A stretch of DNA of 64,000 nt, taken from Chrysomallon squamiferum. Its lineage: Eukaryota; Animalia; Mollusca. Below are positions 55,509-64,000 of the stretch, piece by piece (within the stretch, counting starts at the first letter, position 1; every line of letters begins with the position of its first letter). Made by a program: the position numbers and the translations under genes. The notes under the pieces were generated by a model. That model made no database searches. It saw only the letters and a program-made list of their open reading frames with translations, and was not told where the DNA came from. The DNA lies in contig CM022665.1 of the NCBI GenBank assembly GCA_012295275.1, positions 19,282,001-19,346,000 of the forward strand, given 5' to 3'.

Positions 55509-58500
55509 TCATGTTACTTTATTTTTAACGTAAAACTGTCTAGTTTTTGCTTTAACTGACTTCACTAAAGTTGTCAATGAAACATCCTTTGAAGGCAGCT
55601 CTCCTTTCTCTGAGTCTGTAGCAGAAACTGAAACATTATCTTGACCAGACAAAAGTTTCCTTCGTTTCGCAGCCAAAGATTTACCATCTGAAAATTTCCG
55701 TCTTTTTAACTTCTCTTCAATTATAGCCTCAATACCTTTTGTTCTTTTAAACTCGGGTGCAGAAGGATCAATGTTGAACAGATGTGAGTTGTACACTGCA
55801 CCAAATCGTGGATCATCCACTTTGATCTGATAATGAAAATGTAATATTATTTACTGCAGAAAGGTGGAAGTACATTTGATTAAATAATGTTATAACTTAC
55901 TCATACAAATTTATATTTTTTTAAAAAGAATAAATTAGTTTGTGCTCCTGAAAGTATGGGAAATTCAAACCAGTAGGTATTAAATACATTACTCAAGTAA
56001 CCAGTATTAAAATATTTTTATATTTATAAAAAAATAAGAGTAAGACACTGATTATAAATTAAAAATTGAAACTGAAAATAATTTTTTCTTAGTGTATATA
56101 GATCAGCTACTACTGTTAACAACTGAATTATAGAACAGCCAATTAAAAAAATAGTAAACCAAAAAACAACACTGTTTATAGTTTGTCACATATATAAAAA
56201 TAATATATAATAATGAATAGTAACAACTGAAAAAACCAACCTTGAAGTCATCATTCACTTCAGTAGTCTCAGTATTTTTCTTCTTCTTCTTCTTCTTCTT
56301 ATCTTGAATTAAATCCTTCAGATTAAAATGTTGTTTGCCAGCTTCATTTTCTTCCATGGTCAGCAGGGAAAGTTCTTCCTGAAAGCCAAAAAAAAAAAAG
56401 AAAATTTAAATGTCAGTGCAAAGAGTAATAAAAGTTTATTAATTCCACGTCATTTGTAAACATTTTATTGTCTGAAAACAAACACAGCATTTTATTTTTA
56501 AAATATTGCACAGAAAGGAAAGAACAATAATATATTAAGTAACTAGTGATTTAATACTCAATATATCAACAGTAATCTGATGTTGAAAAAAGATTAAATA
56601 CCTTGTTTAAGTGTCATATTTTGAGGAATACAAAATGGACCTGTGTATTACCCACAAAACCATTTTCTATCCATTTTATAGGGCTAACCCATAAAATACA
56701 CCATTTTAAAAGCCAGACATTACTTCAAATGTTTATGGTAAAGTACCCTACAAATGTACATGGGGTTTTAGGCAATATATATGTATACATTTGTATTTGT
56801 ATGCAGCATATCTAACAAAACATTTGTTTATGTGTGACTTTAAAATTATTTATGACCATATGTGTTATTTCTTTGTTCTAATAATTTAGATCAGAAAACT
56901 GAGTTTCATATACGCATGATTCAATGGAAAAACTGATGGCCTATAAATTCACACAAACATAATTATGTCCTGAAAGTTTCATATATGTGTGATTTTTATT
57001 TTGCTTCTTCCAGTCAAGCTGGTGTTTCAGTCAGACTGAATCTACCCAATTATTTGACCTGTATGAAATAAAATCAGGATAAAAAATGACACTCAATAAA
57101 ACTTGAAATTTATTTATTTATTTTTCAAAAATGTTGTTGACTTAGAGAAATGCACCCTAGGCAGCTGCCTAGTTTGCCTATATGGTAGCACCAGCCCTGC
57201 ATAGATCTATTCTCAGTAATAATAATATTCAGTTGGTAATGTTAAATTGTATTGTACCAGAAGGTTGTTTCAAATATAGAATGTTGGTACAATTTCTTGT
57301 TCCAGTTCATACAGTCATCATGTGAAAACAACATTTTTGCACAAACACAAAACGACATGTAATGACAATGCATGTGCTGTTTTGAGGATGGATGACTGAA
57401 GGTCTGAACATGTTGTCAATTCGTTTCACTTTTCCTGAATGTCAGTTCCCCTTTAATATAACCACTAACGATGCATTAACTTGGCACTGTGTTCGATGCC
57501 TCTGCAATTTTACAATATGACATCAGTGAGAATTTGTTACGGCCAATGGTTTGGACTGCCATTGTTCTGTCTCCTTTTGTTGTGATGGCACAGTATATGA
57601 GGTTATTCTGCTGTAGCAGGTGTTATGCTATGCAATGTTATCAAGGAGCAAGTTTTCTTCAAAATCTTCTAGCAACTTCTGTGACATATAGATCAACAGA
57701 ATTTTTTTGTTTTTATAAATCTGTAGCACCACGAATGTTGTCCCAATTCTTCATTTCCATAACCTTTGTATGTTGCCTGGCTTTCAGAAAAACAGAGTTC
57801 AGCCAATAAGAACTAGCTATGTCAAAACACAATCTTCCAAGATGTTCTCAAGTTCATGCTACCCTATTTGTTCATTTCGTTTTCTTTATCAAACATAAAA
57901 TATCTTTCTGTTTCCTACACTGTCTGGCCACAGATTCATCAGTGTTGAATTGTTTACCTTAAGTACAATTTCTATGTTCTTCAGCATATATTGCAACTTC
58001 ATGTTTTATAGTTCTTACATGTTTTAGGGGTGGTATTCTGACTTGTGCCCAACCAAATTATGACTAAAATTGGAAGTACAAGTGTGAAAGCTTGTGTTCA
58101 GTTCTGATATTAACAAACGTTTCAAAGTAATTAAACATTAATCTTATTACAAAATAAAAACTTACCAGTAAATCAATGCTTAACTGCAGTTACTTTTGGT
58201 CATGTTATTTTAATGATACTGACACTTAAGAGATATGAAATGTTTGATCATATCTGCTTTGTGTTTGGCTGAGTTCAGGATAATAATAATACAATAAAGC
58301 AATATCTATAATATAACATACAGCTTCAATTATTGTTTTAAAAGCTTAAATCCTATTGCTGGAATTGACAATTAACTATGGTAATTAACAAGATGACTCT
58401 TAAAAACAGTAGTGTCCTGTGATGTCATGCTTGTGTTTATTATTGCACTTTTGATGGAACACATGTATAGAACAACAGAAATCATCACCTCCAATAGGTC

Positions 58501-61350
58501 AAATTTCTAAAAACAATAAACATCATTCTAACAGAAGCAGCTCAAACATTTTGTGAAACTGATAGTACACAAGCCAAATTGTTATATAAACTGCCACCTT
58601 GACATGAAGAAAAAATGCTGCAGATTAAACTCTGCAAATAGAATTATAGCAAATAAAATTAAATAAAATAAAACTGTAAAAAACGGAACAAAACATTAAA
58701 CAAAAGTATAGCAAATAAATAATCAAAAGCTTACTTGCTCCTCCTTTTGTTTAGACATCTCCTCTTCAGTCAGCTTTACTCTTTTCTTCTTGTTACGAGC
58801 TGTTGGAAAAAAAAAGTGATATTATATCTCTTAAAACATTCTCAAGTTTGAAAAGATTATTTTAATTGAATCTATTTTTTTGTTCTTACCCTGCTTACAT
58901 TTGACATTGTTAGTTAAATGTTTTCAGAAACCTGATTAAAAAAGGAACCAAATGATCTCAAGTTCAATGGAACAGCTAGAATTAATACATACTTTTTTTC
59001 TTTCCTGAGCCTGACATTTTGAGTTCCTGTGCAAAATACGAATCTTTCAAATCCACATCATCTGGGACGTCATCATCACTGAAAGCTTCATATTCAACAG
59101 CATGAGCATCACGCTGCAATTACAGAGCACAAATTTACTTCAGTTAGTACTTGTATCATGAATTTAAAATGCAAAATTAAGAAAAGGTTCATCAAATCAC
59201 AAAAAGTAAAAAAGAAGCCTTACTTATGTCTTATTCTTTGCATTTAAGTGTAAAACCTAATAGATAAATTATTCCTGTTTTTCAATTTCTTTTTGGAGAT
59301 AATATGTAGAGTATTTTCTATGTGTCATGTTGTTTAGAAATAAAAATAGATTCAACTTGGATAACTTGAACACTGATTTCTAAGAACCCTGATCTATCGA
59401 ACTGTAAGTGGGTCCCAGCCAAGTTCCTACATAACTTGATAATAACAACCTCTATTTACTCAAAGTCATTTATAGCCCCAGACAAATGATTTAATAGAAA
59501 CTAGCCTTGGAAGATTTGATGTGCTGGAATGGTCAAGCTATTGTTTCTCTTGGTAAATACAGAACAACAGGTTGTGGATTAAGAATGAAATATGCCTATC
59601 TCCATCATTTGTATTTTTACAGTATCTTTACATAAAATCTAACTCCAGACACACTTCAAAAAACTTTATCACTTAAGTTCAGTGACTGATGTTTGTTTTG
59701 CTTACAAATCAGTGTATCATGTCAATCATGCTACATGTGTGTAAACCTAAGATGGTATCTGTTGAATTGTGAACATTCTAGTGAAATTTAAACAAGTTTG
59801 TATCGAATTAAAGACACTGTAATGAAAGATATTTTCTTTAAGAAACCAGGCAAACAGTCTATCATTACTAGCTTCACAATTCAGTTCAGAAAATATGATA
59901 ATGATATTTTCTGAACTGAATTGCACTGGTGATTTTTAATGTTTGTTAATCATAACATTTTAGTCAGAAATGATATTTATAAATACATGTATTAATTATT
60001 AATTTAGCTATAGTGCTTCTTTTTGCAGAATATTTGTGATTTAAAATATCTGTTTTGTCATGTATGTGATTTCAAATATCTGTACTGTACATCTAGTGCT
60101 ATTAACATTTCACTACGGATTGGTTACATTCTGCAAAGTTTTCAAATCTGAAAAAACATGAACCTGTTATTTATTTCTGGTTATGGGTGTGTATGTGTGC
60201 ACACACATGCATGCGCATATGTGCAAGCATTTATATGTCAAATTTATTACAGTTGTGGCTTTTATTTATTCTGTTATTTAGTTAGCTTACCAAATATGCA
60301 AGTGCTTGTTTCTTACAATATGAAACATACATTACTTGTCCATGAGAACTGCAAAAATATCAGAAATTGAATACTCAAACTATTTTGATGACCCCTTCCA
60401 ACTTGATTTATCGACATATGTATGTGACATTTAATGTTTAGTTAAATTTAAAAAGTTTTAAAACATCTAATTCTGTTAAAATTAAATGAGAGTTGCCACC
60501 AGGAAAATGTCAGTATTTAAAAAACGTTTGTTAACCTCAATCTTTCTTTTTTCAGTGGCACTCTTTTTCTGCATTCTTAATTTCTTCTTCTTTTCTTTCT
60601 TTTTCTGGAGGTATTCTTCCCATGGAGTTTGTTTACCTTCTTTTCCTTTCTTTTTGACAATATCCTTGGTAGTTTCCTTCAATCCTAACAACATGAATAT
60701 TAATTAACAGTAATTATATATTCCCACATAAAACAATGGAAGCAAAAATCCAGAAACCATTAATTTAAAAAAATAATAAAAAAAATAAAAAAATAAATTA
60801 ATAATAATTATTTAACCACACAAAATAAATAGATTTGGAAGTTTACAAATCTGTACTGAAGCACAAATTAAGATAAATGCTTTGGATTAATTACTTTTTC
60901 TTAAATGAAACACAAATTGCTCACCAGTTTAAAATTCAAACTTGAGTTATTTTAGACTTGTTTGTCAAACGTATCTGTTAGCATTTCTGACAAAACATTA
61001 TGGTCTAAATGGAAAGTAAAATTAGATATTTGTTAAAATATGCAAAAACAAACCTTTGATATATAATAAACAATATATCATTTTATTTAAATTTTTTTGT
61101 GGTGCGGTTTTATACCAGAATGAAAGACAGCCATTTGTAATCAATATATTACTTACCTGGCTCCCAGGTAATTTCCATATCAAGATCTTTGTTTTTTGAA
61201 GATTGTTTGTTGCTATCTATTTCTTTTAACAATTGTTTGTAGTTGTCTATCTGTTTTTCTTCATCAGTATCCTCCAGTCCACTGACATCTGATACTCCCA
61301 TTAGTTCCCTGTAGTCAGCTTAAAAAAAAAATAAATAAATAAATAAATAA

Positions 61351-61384
<34 letters not shown>

Positions 61385-63203
61385 ATATAAATAACCTTGA
61401 CCTTAAGATGAAATAGGGAAAATTTCAACTCAGATGGTAATTTTTTTTTTTCCCCAGATAACAAATCATAATTATAAAAACTGAAAGTTAATTTCTATAT
61501 TTTGAGTTTAAAATGAATTTAAATTCAAGATTAAGAAAAGATTATTGGTTTTTTGGGGTTTTTTTTAATGACATATCTTTATCTATTCCCAATACTGTTG
61601 ATATACTTATACTTAACCTTCTCCCTCAGCATCTGAGGCCAGGAATGCTTTGAAATCATCTTCATTTATTTCTTCCTTCTGAAACTTCTTCATTGTTACA
61701 CTAACCCTGTCATGGTCAGTTTCATCCCAGGTGAGGTCCACCTATTATTTGACAAATACTACTACTAATAATATTAATAATAATTTTTTAATCATCATAT
61801 CCTGAAATCATATAACCAATCTATCTGATTAAAAAAAAATTAACAAAATGGAATTTGAGATTTTGTTCTAGTGTAATATCAGCAAACCAGTTATTTAAAA
61901 TAAAACTTTTGAAAACTGTACTTTATTGATTCAACTGAATTTAGCAATGGTTATTCAGTTATTTATTTCATATATATAACTATTCTGTATTTCAGTATGT
62001 AAATATTTAGAAATATTTGGAATATTAAAGAAAAACAAAATGTACTGCATCACTGAAAAAAGATTAGACTGTGAGACAATATAATAAAGATTTGACTAAA
62101 GTGAATTACCTTTGACTGACAAAGTGCTGTTGTAAAGAAATTCTGAGGTTTGTAGTTGGCAGCAGCTATAGATGTACATTCACTTTTTGGTTTTTCATCA
62201 AATTCCATGTCATCAGGAATATATCTATATGAAAAACAATGTGTAACTCATTAATAATTATGTTCTTCAATAAATCTATGACATAACTGAAAAACAGGCA
62301 AATTATTGGTCAGTAGAAAAACAAACAGAAAAAGGGAAGAATGTTTTAGCAGATAATTATTATTAAATTTTAATTTAAAACTTTAGGTACAAATACAAAC
62401 TTTCCTGATCAGCTGTCATTACAGGTATGGCTATGTTCATTTCTGAAGTACAAAAGTAATTCCAATTTACAAAAAAAATGTATTTCCCAAAATACATAAA
62501 AACCGTTTATTTTAAAAATTTAATTTTTTAAATATTTTTACCTAAGGTCTAATTTAGATGAACTACTTTCAAATTCTCGTCCATCACATTCATCATAGAC
62601 ATAGCTGGCAGTCTTAACAGAGTCAAAATCTGCCACTGCATAGTAGTATTTCAGTCGATTCAGCTGATACTGTCTGAGCTTCTCACGATTGTAACAACTT
62701 CCTACAAAAAAGGTAATTTCAGTTTTATTTATTTACTTATATTTTCAAATTATATAATTTCCATAAAATAAATAAATCAATAAAAATAATAATCATTAAA
62801 ACAAAAAATTAAAAGACTGAACCACAAAATTAGAGAAGGAAAAAACTAGGTCTATACTGGTGTATATTATTTTTTTTAAAGATTATCTCTTTGGTTTTAT
62901 TTTACAAACATTTTCAATGAAAAGCAAGTGCTATTTGGTGTGGAACTAAGTTAATTATTTAATATCTAAAACAAATTTGAATAAAACTGTTTTTAATTGA
63001 ATGTTCTAAAATCAATGTACAATCAATACTGGATGTTCAGTAACTAAATTATTATAAATGATACTGTTACTCAAATGATTAACAAAAATACCATCTGGTG
63101 TTTCATCATCTGTTACTAGTTTTTCATCTTGTTTTGTCAGTTCTACTGGACCACTTTGTTCTTCCTCAGCCATGCGCTGTTGTCCATATTCTGAAGCATA
63201 AAT
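55509..63203 (-). CDS. ESF1: ESF1 pre-rRNA processing protein, 3' ten exons, 5'-partial
   Basis: Exons 63203-63092, 62701-62542, 62224-62110, 61741-61618, 61318-61157, 60684-60536, 59113-58993, 58799-58735, 56378-56241, 55826-55509; all GT-AG and phase-consistent. ESF1 motifs: [67 protein letters not shown]153-type [19 protein letters not shown]. The gene continues beyond the window. Confidence 0.95.
57150..57198 (-). mobile_element. Possible hAT-type terminal sequence remnant
   Basis: cagggctggtgctaccatataggcaaactaggcagctgcctagggtgc (-) resembles cagggccgg...taggc..ctgcctaggg hAT ends. Confidence 0.35.
57250..58030 (-). mobile_element. pogo-family transposase relic (Brinker-DBD/POGK-like) in an ESF1 intron
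   Basis: Minus-strand remnants [29 protein letters not shown] (Brinker-type HTH), WCYRF and [10 protein letters not shown] (pogo QKLP.D.E.K region), interrupted by stops and frameshifts. Confidence 0.55.
59877..59923. repeat. Perfect 20-bp inverted repeat with 7-nt loop
   Basis: caattcagttcagaaaatat / gataatg / atattttctgaactgaattg. Confidence 0.9.
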
Positions 63204-64000
63204 CTGCAAATCAATGAACAAAAAACTGAATTATATTTCTTTCCTGCAAAACAAATTAGAAACTAATAATAATAATAAAATAAAATAAAAATGCAGTTAT
63301 CCAGTTCTTTGAATTAAAATTAAGGAACCTCACTGAATAAAAGTAACTGAAATAGTAATTAATAGCTGTAACGACAAAACATAAAAACATTGCTACTTTT
63401 ACAAGATATTTTTCAGAAAATAAAAATATACCCACAGCCAAAATGAAACTTTACTGTTGTAAAACTGAAATTTCAGAAAAACTGAAAATCAAGCTGACAC
63501 TTAATCTATAACACATCAGCTGAACACAACCAAGAGTGTATGCGAAAAATGATACAATACCAGGGTGGGTTTTAGGGGAAATGTGCAGAAAAATGAACAG
63601 CATGTGCTTTGCAAACAACCACAATTGCACATGCAACTAGAGTATAAAAACGGTTTAGGCAGTGTGTTACACATCCACACTGAGAAAATATCACCATAGG
63701 AATGCCATGAATGACATCTGAATGCGAGTGAAATATAGATATGATAAAAATGGGAACTACCAATGCCTTTATTGCTAGAATCTTTGGTTGTTTACACGTT
63801 TCTCTTGCCACCTTGATGCCACGTTACATGGCAGACATGAGAGAGGCAAGGACCAGGTAGACTGAGAGTGAAAAAGCCCTGTGAAGACTGGTACCTGTAG
63901 ACCTTACATCTGCAGAACTGCTTCCTGGCACAACGTTGGCAGTGACATGACTGGTAGTCTTCACTAATTAAAGCACATTCTGTTTGTTCAGAGTTGATTG

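Noticed and set aside
1-64000. Prokaryotic systems (CRISPR arrays, operons, defence islands)
   Set aside because: The sequence is eukaryotic with spliceosomal introns; the repeats are simple microsatellites without a repeat-spacer pattern.

Overview
AT-rich, microsatellite-rich eukaryotic DNA with spliceosomal introns, from an invertebrate (probably a mollusc or other lophotrochozoan; this is inference). Left to right: (1) the terminal coding exon of SPRED (+) and a probably long 3' UTR. (2) A ~40 kb cluster of divergent iGluR-like ionotropic receptor (IR) genes: pseudogene IR-A (+), intact IR-B (+, 10 exons), intact IR-C and IR-D (both -), and possibly two more eroded 5' relics at 50.4-53.6 kb. 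(3) The 3' ten exons of ESF1 (-). Transposon relics (RTE LINE, AcademX-like, MULE-like, pogo-like) lie in introns. Main observations: a 317-bp tract over the S2 ligand-binding exon is almost identical between the pseudogene and IR-B while their other exons are far diverged (gene-conversion signature). All three intact receptors encode K or R at the pore Q/R site and have non-glutamate-type binding pockets. IR-B and IR-C end tail-to-tail 292 bp apart. CpG content differs between the housekeeping genes and the receptor cluster. All exon models and alignments were made by eye; no database searches were run.
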